From: Bacteroidales bacterium
GTDB taxonomy: Bacteria; Bacteroidota; Bacteroidia; Bacteroidales; WCHB1-69
DNA: 64,000 bases
Assembly: GCA_017651425.1 (NCBI GenBank)
Contig: JAGCCZ010000062.1
Span: forward strand, 24,564-88,563
Reading direction: 5' to 3'
The notes beneath the pieces were generated by a model. That model saw only the letters and a program-made list of their open reading frames with translations. It ran no database searches and had not been told where the DNA came from. Position numbers and translations under genes: made by a program. Below are positions 45,701-53,882 of the stretch, in pieces (within the stretch, counting starts at the first letter, position 1; each line of letters starts with the position of its first letter).

Positions 45701-45869
45701 CTTTTTTGTATTTTTTTAACCCTGATAGTGTACCATCACAACCAGCAATATATTTTCCTTTACATGTATCGGCACATACCCCATTACAAGTCCCTTCACA
45801 ACCCACAAGCCAACGTGAACCGAAAGAAACATTACTCTGCACCCACTTCGCTAATAATTCATAAGCCAA
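45693..45869 (-). CDS. putative Cys-rich RiPP precursor 1 (58 codons, TTG start; not in ORF track)
   Basis: Hand translation: (M)AYELLAKWVQSNVSFGSRWLVGCEGTCNGVCADTCKGKYIAGCDGTLSGLKKYKKDE. It has CxxxCxxxCxxxC spacing. Its stop TAG (45695..45693) overlaps the rSAM ATG (45700..45698) by 8 nt. Confidence 0.5.
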   Translation of the reverse strand: MAYELLAKWVQSNVSFGSRWLVGCEGTCNGVCADTCKGKYIAGCDGTLSGLKKYKKDE

Positions 45870-46090
45870 ATAGTTTGTTTATTTAATTTATTATTTATCA
45901 CATTCGTAATCACAAACTTATCGTTTGAAGCCTTCATTACTCATTAAATCACAACCAATCCAGCCGGCCGTTTATTCATCACTACGCTCACAATCTCTTT
46001 CACCACAATCTCCATTGAAGCAAAACGTATAAAAATGAGGGGAAATCGAATAACAACCTTTTAAACCGCAAATTGACATGAAACCTTCTC

Positions 46091-46132
46091 ATTAAATAAA
46101 ATTTAGGGATAGCCATTAGTGCTATCCCTAAA
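46091..46132 (-). terminator. rho-independent terminator after precursor 2
   Basis: 12-bp perfect stem tttagggatagc / gctatccctaaa (46102..46132), followed on the minus strand by ttttatttaat. Confidence 0.85.
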
Positions 46133-46143
46133 TCAAATGTACG

Positions 46144-46302
46144 TTACGGATTTAAACCACCTGCCGGAGTTCCGTCACAACCGCCAACGCAGTCCCCAGA
46201 ACAGCTACCATCTGAACAATAAGCCCAACCCATGGTAGTTGTTCTTGTTTTGCCTACAATTTGCAAATCATCAAGCTTCTTGACGAGATTTGCATTCAAC
46301 AT
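46144..46302 (-). CDS. putative Cys-rich RiPP precursor 2
   Basis: MLNANLVKKLDDLQIVGKTRTTTMGWAYCSDGSCSGDCVGGCDGTPAGGLNP, taken from ATG 46302. Alternative starts are at 46314 and 46347. It shares W..C..G.C.G.C...C..GCDGT..G with precursor 1 and has its own hairpin terminator. Confidence 0.65.
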   Translation of the reverse strand: MLNANLVKKLDDLQIVGKTRTTTMGWAYCSDGSCSGDCVGGCDGTPAGGLNP

Positions 46303-46766
46303 TTTTGTTACCATAATACAAATTATTTGTTTTGTTGTTACCATCATTTTAAAACTAGGAAGACGGCATTATCCTATTCTTTTACTGTTTCTGTATTTAA
46401 AAATGGTTATCATTATCACTGTCATGACGCATTAAAAATAAGCCAATCAACAATAGCCAACCAAGCTAATAAGGATTCTAGCAGGAATAGCTTTCCCATA
46501 TTGTTTGTATTGGCCAGTTTGCTCACTCATAAAAGCATACGCCGCGTTATATCCCATCCGGCTCCGTCGGGTCTTGTTCTAAATCACTTTGCAAAGTTGC
46601 AAAATATGCCGCATAGAAACATTTGACAATATAAAGCATTTCTGTAACAATATCTTATACACCATCGCTTTGTTGCTTCGCACGTAATCACGCTCGTTTC
46701 TGTCAACCTTGCCAATGAATTGCTTTTTTGTCACTTTTTGCTCCTATGCAATAAAGAAGATAAAAC

Positions 46767-47879
46767 TCACAGCTGAGAGACCCATCTGAAGTCTCCAGAA
46801 TAAATCAGATTCTCTTCGGGGTCATAAACAAACAACTCTTCATGTTGCATACCATTCCTCCAACCATGATAGTACTCGTAACGATAGCCATTGTTGAAAA
46901 AAATGTATTTTTCGCCCAACGGTGAGCTTTCATCATCAGTCCGCCATTCGTCATGGGATATCAGAGTGTTGCTATACGACCATATTTGTTTGGTGCCGTT
47001 TTTTATAACAAGGTCGGGACTCCCCTCTTTTACCCCGCCATTCCAACATTTGTAAGTCCAGTCGTCCTCGCTTTGTTGCTCAATTCGTATGAAGTATTTG
47101 TCATTGCAGAATTCCACAGGTTCATCATATTTCTGCAACTCAAAACGCCGCTTGTTCCAATTATATTGGCGATATTTTAAAGGATTATCTATCAATGGCA
47201 TTCCTTTGAGAACATATAGTTCTTTCCTTAATCTACTGTAGATGAACACGGAATCATTTATCCCCTCGTTGAATGTCAACGACCCGCCCTGATCGTCCCA
47301 AGATAATTCAAGATTATCAGAAACGCTGTCTTTACTGGCAAAAGCCCCTTTTACTTTGCGCAATTCATTGTTTTCTATCTCATATACATAAAAATTGTAT
47401 GTTTCGCATGTCCCTTGATGCATGCTCCCTTGAAAATCTTCCAACAGATAATACTTGTCTGAATCGATATGACAAATTCGAGTAATATACCCATTGAAGT
47501 TTTCAATTTCCTCGCAGAAAACCTTTCCATTGGACCTGTATTGAAGCAATGTTTTGCACTCAAAACCCAAAGAAGGATTGCCTTCAAACCCGCACCTTTC
47601 CACGCTATAGGCTCGCACGTTGCCATCTTCTGAGGTGGCGATTCGTATATGAGAGAGTTTTTCTTCAAATCCATATTCAAGGGACTGAGGTTTTTCCTTG
47701 ATAAAATCGAAGACGGATTGCATGGCTTCGTCGGAATAAGAACCGCCTTCAGGCCATGCAAGCATCTTATTCAACTCTTCAGTGAATGTTCGTTCCTGAC
47801 GACTCTTATCACACCCACAAGAGACGAGGATCAATGCCATAGACAAACAGACTGTTTTAATATAATTTCGGGGTTTCAT
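46767..47879 (-). CDS. hypothetical lipoprotein, island paralog family (member 4, divergent)
   Basis: Lipobox LILVSCGCDK. Its architecture is like members 1-3 (..NVRAYSVE.., ..YFIRIEQQSEDDWTYKCWNGG..GSPDLVIKNG..). Confidence 0.65.
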   Translation of the reverse strand: MKPRNYIKTVCLSMALILVSCGCDKSRQERTFTEELNKMLAWPEGGSYSDEAMQSVFDFIKEKPQSLEYGFEEKLSHIRIATSEDGNVRAYSVERCGFEGNPSLGFECKTLLQYRSNGKVFCEEIENFNGYITRICHIDSDKYYLLEDFQGSMHQGTCETYNFYVYEIENNELRKVKGAFASKDSVSDNLELSWDDQGGSLTFNEGINDSVFIYSRLRKELYVLKGMPLIDNPLKYRQYNWNKRRFELQKYDEPVEFCNDKYFIRIEQQSEDDWTYKCWNGGVKEGSPDLVIKNGTKQIWSYSNTLISHDEWRTDDESSPLGEKYIFFNNGYRYEYYHGWRNGMQHEELFVYDPEENLIYSGDFRWVSQL

Positions 47880-47956
47880 ATTATTTGTTTTTTACGTTCC
47901 TATAACAAACAAATGCCATACATCTGAATCCTTTTTTTACAACATCCCACACTATT

Positions 47957-48247
47957 TCACTTCACCGTCTGCACCTCCGTTATCTTGTATTGGCCATCCT
48001 CTGCGATCTCGACAGTGACGGAGAACTTGAGGGTGACCTTGGAGCCTTTCGTGCCATAGAGCTCGGCGACTAAATCGTGCTCCAGCACCCGGGAAATGCG
48101 CTGCAGCAGCCCCACGTCAATAACCTCCCGACGGAAGATGTCGTAAACGTTCTGCCGGTGGCATCCCAGTCGTCGGGCGAACTCGCTGACGCTCAGACCT
48201 GATGCCTCGAAATATTCTTTCACTTTTTCGCCTGAGTGTGTTTTCAT
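47957..48247 (-). CDS. small XRE-type helix-turn-helix protein
   Basis: GLSVSEFARRLGCHRQNVYDIFRRE. It is the last gene of the kinase/phosphatase cassette, 21 nt after the PP2C gene. Confidence 0.7.
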   Translation of the reverse strand: MKTHSGEKVKEYFEASGLSVSEFARRLGCHRQNVYDIFRREVIDVGLLQRISRVLEHDLVAELYGTKGSKVTLKFSVTVEIAEDGQYKITEVQTVK

Positions 48248-48268
48248 AACTGCTTATTATTGTGCTAA

Positions 48269-49693
48269 CTACTTGCTACTCTGTAACAGGTCTTCCAATA
48301 CGCTTACAATTTTGCCGTTCGTGTCAAAAGTCATAAAACAGTGAACAAGGTACGACACTTCGGTTGAATCTTGTTTGACAACCTTGAAATCTTCAATGAA
48401 ATCTACAGACACATCCCCATTTGGCAATTGCCGACAACCCCAAGTCTCCCATTGAACATCCAGGTGTTTGTCAACGGCCCCCCTTTTATTGTCAAAATTT
48501 CCAAGAAGCTCAACTGCCTTTTCCTTGCTTATATCGGTGTAGTTGATGAAACGCCTGACAGTATCAGCATACATTTGTCCAAGAGCGTCAAAATTGTTTT
48601 TTTGTACGGCCTTCGTGTAATCATCAACCTTTTGCATCAGAACACTATTGTCTAACCGATTGTCCGAACTTGATTTTTCTGTTGAATTAGCCAAAGACAC
48701 CCGCATCAGATATTCTTCAAGTTTATGTATTCTCGCGTCTTTTGCTTTGGAAAACATCAGCATGGCGAAACAAGAGCCCAAAAGCAGAACACAAATTGAT
48801 GTCAGTATAGGAAGGATCACCTTATTCCCTTTTACTCTTTTCCCTTTTGGGATTTCTGCCACGATTTCCTCAACTACGCTATCATCTTGCAGATTCTCGT
48901 TCTCATCCATTATCGGGGCGATCTCTTCTTCCTCCGCCTGATACTCCATCAACACCACCGTAATATTGTCTTTTCCTCCTGCATTATTGGCGGCAGCAAT
49001 CAAGGCCTGCACCTTCTCTTCAATCGGGAGTTCTTGCTCCAATATCGCGACTATCTGCTCAGATGTAATCATGTCCGTCAGACCGTCGGAACAGAGCAGG
49101 AAAGTGGAATTGGGCAGAAGAGGGAATTCCTCCGCGTCAAGAAAACTTTGGTCATTGACACCGTGTCGTTCCTCTCCGACGGATCTGCTTATTTCGTTGC
49201 GACGAGGGTGGCGCATAGCCTGTTCTTCGGTCAACTCGTTAATTTCCTCGCAATAGCCGACATACGAGTGGTCATGGGAGAGTTTGAGAAGTTCCCCGTT
49301 ATGATATTGATACATTCTTGTGTCGCCCACGTGTACCATATCAAGCACCTTCCTATCCGCGTCAATCAATGCGGACGTAAGCACACAGCTCATATTGGGT
49401 CGGGCTGTGTCCAACTGGCGGCGGTCAAAGATGGCATTATTGGCACACACCACGGCCTGCTTTAGCAGCTCCAAACGCTCACCTCGATTGAACTCTTTCA
49501 AATAGGAAGGGATTTCCTTTTGTGCGATCTCGGCAGCAACCTCTCCGCCTTCATAACCACCCACGCCATCAATTACAATGACCAACACGGTGCTGTCGTC
49601 CAACTTTTCCGCCACGAAAGCATCTTCGTTGTTGGTGCGCCGTTTCCCAGCATCGGTATCTCCGAAAAACCGAATTTTTTCTACGTTCCTCAT
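48269..49693 (-). CDS. PP2C (PPM) Ser/Thr phosphatase with TM segment and extracytoplasmic C-terminal domain
   Basis: GDTDAGKRRTNNEDAF, VIDGVGGYEGGEVAA, LLCSDGLTD and GGKDNITVVL. TM segment ILPILTSICVLLLGSCFAMLMF. About 150-aa C-terminal domain of unknown type. Confidence 0.85.
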   Translation of the reverse strand: MRNVEKIRFFGDTDAGKRRTNNEDAFVAEKLDDSTVLVIVIDGVGGYEGGEVAAEIAQKEIPSYLKEFNRGERLELLKQAVVCANNAIFDRRQLDTARPNMSCVLTSALIDADRKVLDMVHVGDTRMYQYHNGELLKLSHDHSYVGYCEEINELTEEQAMRHPRRNEISRSVGEERHGVNDQSFLDAEEFPLLPNSTFLLCSDGLTDMITSEQIVAILEQELPIEEKVQALIAAANNAGGKDNITVVLMEYQAEEEEIAPIMDENENLQDDSVVEEIVAEIPKGKRVKGNKVILPILTSICVLLLGSCFAMLMFSKAKDARIHKLEEYLMRVSLANSTEKSSSDNRLDNSVLMQKVDDYTKAVQKNNFDALGQMYADTVRRFINYTDISKEKAVELLGNFDNKRGAVDKHLDVQWETWGCRQLPNGDVSVDFIEDFKVVKQDSTEVSYLVHCFMTFDTNGKIVSVLEDLLQSSK

Positions 49694-49696
49694 ATC

Positions 49697-50665
49697 TCAA
49701 ATTGTTTTCGCCATGAATTTTATGACCACTTCATTGTTCAGAACTATTGTTGACTTGGGAATCAACCTCACCCAATTGATGTGGGCATTTCTCTCACTCA
49801 ACTCCACATGTCTTTCGTTCAGCATTGTCGGCCCCCATGCTGCCAACTGAAACCCTATCTCCTTATGTTGAATCGCAACATGGGTCTCTTGCACCTTGTC
49901 GCTATTTATTTTGAGGATATTCGATCCATTCCGATGGTCACTTTTGCCAGAAATCATGATGTAGGGTTCGCGCATAGGCCACTCAAGGTTTTCCCATTGC
50001 AGCAAAGCCAGTTCCTTTTTCTTTTCTGGAATCAACTCACTGATCTTGTCCGGGTCTTCTTGCAGCATCTTATCGAAGGGATACAGCCGGATGCCCTCTC
50101 CCAAGACCTGTATGTCCCCCATATTCTGTTCTTCCAGCCTGCTGGTTCTCGGATTCCTGGTCTTTATCGTTGCATCCGGATCTTTAACCACTCTTGGGGC
50201 ATTGTCTGCGATTTCCACCTTGAACGGTATCGTGTAGCTCATATCTATTTTTATTTCCCCTTTGGGCACAGTGCCGTCAACAGTAAATTGGACACACCAT
50301 CTCGCATCCGTTGGCGTATATTTCACTTTCGGGTATCTATTTCCCAAACGTTCCAACATTTTATGCTTTAGTTCCAGACGACGTTTCCCCTTTCTTATCA
50401 AGGTGTAGATTCTCGCCAAAATAATCGGTCCCCATCTTTCAAAAAAAGGTGTCCTGACATGGTAGTCGTCAGGATGCATATAGATGATGAACATTGTAGG
50501 GAAAATCAACTCACTGGTTTCATCATCCGACTCCAAAATCATTTCTTGCTGGAATTTCTTCCCCAACAGTTTTTTTATGTTCCCTATTGTAATATTTCTT
50601 CCCTGTCCGGACTGTCTTTCCGACTCAAGGGACAATTTTTCCAAAATACCCATATCGTTATTCAT
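49697..50665 (-). CDS. FhaA-like protein (DUF3662-type N-domain plus degenerate FHA)
   Basis: N-terminal MGILEKL... and LIFPTMFIIYMHPDDY resemble the FhaA N-domain pattern (from memory). The C-terminal ISGKSD..ETHVAI..MLNERHV..STIVLNNEVVIKF is FHA-like, but the GR and SxxH motifs are degenerate. 8-nt overlap with the upstream FHA gene. Confidence 0.6.
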   Translation of the reverse strand: MNNDMGILEKLSLESERQSGQGRNITIGNIKKLLGKKFQQEMILESDDETSELIFPTMFIIYMHPDDYHVRTPFFERWGPIILARIYTLIRKGKRRLELKHKMLERLGNRYPKVKYTPTDARWCVQFTVDGTVPKGEIKIDMSYTIPFKVEIADNAPRVVKDPDATIKTRNPRTSRLEEQNMGDIQVLGEGIRLYPFDKMLQEDPDKISELIPEKKKELALLQWENLEWPMREPYIMISGKSDHRNGSNILKINSDKVQETHVAIQHKEIGFQLAAWGPTMLNERHVELSERNAHINWVRLIPKSTIVLNNEVVIKFMAKTI

Positions 50666-51467
50666 TTATATCTTTATAAACCAAGATTGTTTTTATAGCC
50701 AAACTATCCTTCACAATTATCTTGTCGCCATTTTGCAATGGAAACTTTGCGTTGACACTCTCACATCTGATAGTCTTTCCTCCGTTTATTAAGAGTGTCT
50801 TTCCAGGAAACGCACCACCTTCATCAACTTGGAAAAAGAACCCCGTTGTGTTTTCAAAACCGATATGCGCATGGTTCCTGCTGACACAACGGTATTCCTC
50901 TCGCAAAGGTGAAACGGGGTCATCATCAAAAAAGATATGGTTTTCCCTGAAAACGTTGTTTTTCTGGACAAAACGCCCGCGACCGATATTGTATGCGGGG
51001 ATTCTGCCGCTTGTAATCTCCTCAGACGAAAGCAGATATTTCTTTTTTAAGGGAGCAACCACACAACCATCCATAGCGACAATTCGGGCTTTCTTTACAG
51101 CGGGCGCTTTGACAATAGTGCATTCTTCCACCTCCAGGTATTCGAGGTTGTTGTCGCCAATCATAAAAAAGTTGTGATTGTCTTCTGCAGGTTTGCCCAT
51201 TTTAAAAGTCACCTGTTCAAATTCGAAGCCCTTTTGCGCAAGAGTTGAAAGCATCAAATCTCGATAGTTATCACTGTCATATTGGTCGAACTCGATTTGC
51301 TTCTCGCAATCAAGCCACACAATGAGTTGTCTGCCTTTTGCGGTACTCAGTTCTTCCATGATTCCAGTAAGCGTGGAGCAGATGTTGTTGACCAACGACT
51401 CCCTGTTGTCTAATCCGGCAGGTTTCCCACCTTCTTTTTTGAAGATATTTGAAAATATTTTTGACAT
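50658..51467 (-). CDS. FHA-domain protein
   Basis: C-terminal YNIGRGRF..., CVSRNHAHIGF, TLLINGGK and LQNGDKIIV. These are the canonical FHA G-R, S-x-x-H and N-G landmarks. Confidence 0.75.
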   Translation of the reverse strand: MSKIFSNIFKKEGGKPAGLDNRESLVNNICSTLTGIMEELSTAKGRQLIVWLDCEKQIEFDQYDSDNYRDLMLSTLAQKGFEFEQVTFKMGKPAEDNHNFFMIGDNNLEYLEVEECTIVKAPAVKKARIVAMDGCVVAPLKKKYLLSSEEITSGRIPAYNIGRGRFVQKNNVFRENHIFFDDDPVSPLREEYRCVSRNHAHIGFENTTGFFFQVDEGGAFPGKTLLINGGKTIRCESVNAKFPLQNGDKIIVKDSLAIKTILVYKDINE

Positions 51468-51502
51468 AGCTCTGTGTTTTGGGATGACATTGTCGTATAT
51501 AA

Positions 51503-53284
51503 CTATTTGCCTCCTATCGCCGCGTTTAATGCGTTGATTTCTTTGTTTTTGCTTTGGATTATTGACTGGAGTTCTTGTATCTTTTGATCCTTTTGTGTGA
51601 CAATACTATTCAACCTTTTCACCTCGGAGAAGTTGTCTGCTGACTTTTGATTAGACAATTGGGACTCAAGATTCTTGATTCGCTGATTTTTTTGCGTTAT
51701 CTGATTCCTTAGATTCGCAATCTCGGCTGCATTGTCCGAAGGCTTTTCTTTGGACAATTGATTCTCGAGGTTTCTGATTATTCGGTCTTTTTGCGAAATC
51801 AGATTGTTTAAGCGATTGATTTCATTCGAACTGACACCGGGAGACACTTGTGTCACTTCGTCATCTTGTAAATCTGATATGATTGTCCTGAGTTCATTGA
51901 TTTCATTATTGGCAGATGCAATAGCCTGATCCTTTTCTTTCAGTTTCCTGTCCCATTCCGCAGGACTATTGTTCCACGCATAAAGGGATGTCCCCACACC
52001 AAAAAGGCAAAAAAACGAGATCAATATCCACAAAGGGGTTCGTCTCTTGTTAAGTTGTTGCTGCATTGCAGTCAATTGTTTCTGCGAGTCATGTAATTGT
52101 TCCTGCGTTTCGCGCAAAGTCTGCTGAGTCCGATTGAGCGCGTTTTGTGTGCTATTCAACTGCTTGTTTAATGAAGCATTTGTATCTCGCAACTCATTTG
52201 CCCGTGCGGACAGCAACTTATTCTCAGATTTCAACTGATCTATTGCCATCTCAAATTTGACATTGTTGGTGTCCTTGCAATGAGCCTCTATGCATTCATA
52301 CAACTCCTTGCCGTTTCTGAACCGATCATTAGGATTTTTGCTCAGGCACTTCAAGATGACATCCTCCAGCCATTGGGGGTAATCACGTTCGTAGGTTTCT
52401 CCAGAAAATTTCTTTTCAAAGAATCCTTTGCGGGCAGATTCTATTGCAGGAGGCGGCCATTGCCTCAGGTGCGCATCCATCAGTCTCTCATCATCTGGAA
52501 ATGGATATTGACCCGCAAGCCAAGCGTAAAGAACTACTCCAAAGCTATATACATCTGATTTCTTAGTGGGTTCCGTTTTGCTATTACCGTTCCACAATTC
52601 AGGTGCTCTGGAAATTTCTGCGCCGCCATGGCAACGGCTGAGTGTTGGAGCCTCTTCTCCCTCGACGGCCATCCCAAAATCAATCAAAATGAAATTCCCG
52701 TCAGTACGACGCAGTATGTTTTTTAGATGGATATCATTGTGAATAACTTTATACCGTTCAATCAAGCCATTACGCATTTTTTCGTCCTTCACCACAGAGC
52801 CTACCACACATCCGTCTGGTAGTTTGTCCTTATCGGGATCCATCAGGAAACGATAAGCCTCTTCATGACAGTAAGCAAGCGCACTGCTGATTTGCACTGC
52901 CATCCGAAGCACTTCTTCTACAGGCACAAAATTCCCGTTCTCCTTCAAATATTCCGCCAAGTTGTCCCCCTGGATGTAATTTCTTTCCCAATAGGCGATA
53001 TGTTCAGACGGGAATTGCGAGTCCTGGAACGTGCCATAGGTATTGATACTCTCTATATGCGGGTGACTGCCGTTGCCAAGTTTCAACAGCACTTCGGTCT
53101 CCCGCAGGAACTTCACATATATCTTGTCCTTTTTAAGCTCTTCATCGTCTTTGGCGACAATAGGATCTTTCAGCACGCGAATAGCACGCACATGCCCCAA
53201 TTCCTTGTGACGGACCTTATAGACCTTGGCGAAAGAGCCGTCTTTGTCGCCGCCAAGGACTTCATATTCTTTTGGTACTGCCAT
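51503..53284 (-). CDS. Hanks-type Ser/Thr protein kinase with TM segment and extracytoplasmic coiled-coil repeats
   Basis: GSFAKVYKVRHK (P-loop/Lys), HNDIHLKNIL (catalytic loop), IDFGMAV, SRAPELW and SDVYSFGVVLY. TM segment LWILISFFCLFGVGTSLYAW. The C-terminus carries 33-aa repeats. Confidence 0.9.
   Translation of the reverse strand: MAVPKEYEVLGGDKDGSFAKVYKVRHKELGHVRAIRVLKDPIVAKDDEELKKDKIYVKFLRETEVLLKLGNGSHPHIESINTYGTFQDSQFPSEHIAYWERNYIQGDNLAEYLKENGNFVPVEEVLRMAVQISSALAYCHEEAYRFLMDPDKDKLPDGCVVGSVVKDEKMRNGLIERYKVIHNDIHLKNILRRTDGNFILIDFGMAVEGEEAPTLSRCHGGAEISRAPELWNGNSKTEPTKKSDVYSFGVVLYAWLAGQYPFPDDERLMDAHLRQWPPPAIESARKGFFEKKFSGETYERDYPQWLEDVILKCLSKNPNDRFRNGKELYECIEAHCKDTNNVKFEMAIDQLKSENKLLSARANELRDTNASLNKQLNSTQNALNRTQQTLRETQEQLHDSQKQLTAMQQQLNKRRTPLWILISFFCLFGVGTSLYAWNNSPAEWDRKLKEKDQAIASANNEINELRTIISDLQDDEVTQVSPGVSSNEINRLNNLISQKDRIIRNLENQLSKEKPSDNAAEIANLRNQITQKNQRIKNLESQLSNQKSADNFSEVKRLNSIVTQKDQKIQELQSIIQSKNKEINALNAAIGGK
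51506..51823 (-). repeat. in-frame ~99-nt (33-aa) tandem repeats encoding the kinase C-terminal coiled coil
   Basis: EINRLNNLISQKDRIIRNLENQLSKEKPSDNAA / EIANLRNQITQKNQRIKNLESQLSNQKSADNFS / EVKRLNSIVTQKDQKIQELQSII.... Confidence 0.8.
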
Positions 53285-53306
53285 AATTAGAAACTTTTAT
53301 AAGTGA

Positions 53307-53870
53307 TTAGAAACGGTGAATTAAAAGGATGACTCCGTTAACGGAATCTTGATGTGCAGTAGTTATTTTCCCTGTAGAAAAATCGTGGGTAAAAAAAAGT
53401 GTACGGCTATTCTGTTCGGGTGTACACGTCCAATAGATATCATATAATCGGACAACATCCCTATTCGAATATATCAACTTCATCTCATCCAACGTGGGAA
53501 TTCCTTTCCTTGTTACATAAAGGTCAAAATAGTAGTAAAGTTTTTGCCATCCTTTGTTCAGCACTGCCAATCCATGTTTGCCCCCGTCTCTTATATAAAC
53601 AACCTGATATTTTTCATCACCTACATCTATATAGTCTCCCACATTATACGTTTTCTCTTTGCCGCAATCCCCAATCAACACTTCCACCGAGACCACGGTT
53701 TTCCCCGAAAGCTCCTTATAGACATTGTAATACTTTTGTGCCGCATCACAATCACCGGCTTCCAACTGCTGCATAGCTTTGTCGAGGTAGTGGGAATAAT
53801 CTGTTTGGGCAAAGCAAGCAGTCAATGAATTTAAGATGAAAACACCGAACAATAAAATAATCCGTTTCAT
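53307..53870 (-). CDS. hypothetical secreted protein
   Basis: Signal peptide MKRIILLFGVFILNSLTACFAQ. It is sandwiched between the SEDS-PBP and kinase genes with gaps of 12 and 22 nt. Confidence 0.6.
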   Translation of the reverse strand: MKRIILLFGVFILNSLTACFAQTDYSHYLDKAMQQLEAGDCDAAQKYYNVYKELSGKTVVSVEVLIGDCGKEKTYNVGDYIDVGDEKYQVVYIRDGGKHGLAVLNKGWQKLYYYFDLYVTRKGIPTLDEMKLIYSNRDVVRLYDIYWTCTPEQNSRTLFFTHDFSTGKITTAHQDSVNGVILLIHRF

Positions 53871-53882
53871 AATAATTCTTTT

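Noticed and set aside
45601-45886. Plus-strand ORFs 45601..45864 and 45683..45886.
   Set aside because: They are antisense to the rSAM start and to the Cys-rich precursor frame. Their products are low-complexity with no signal or motif. The minus-strand frame has the better biological context.
46261-46626. A 121-aa plus-strand ORF, and two tiny minus-strand ORFs (24-27 codons) in the 46348..46766 gap.
   Set aside because: They have no motifs, and the plus ORF overlaps precursor 2 in antisense. The region is more plausibly a promoter or leader for the precursor.
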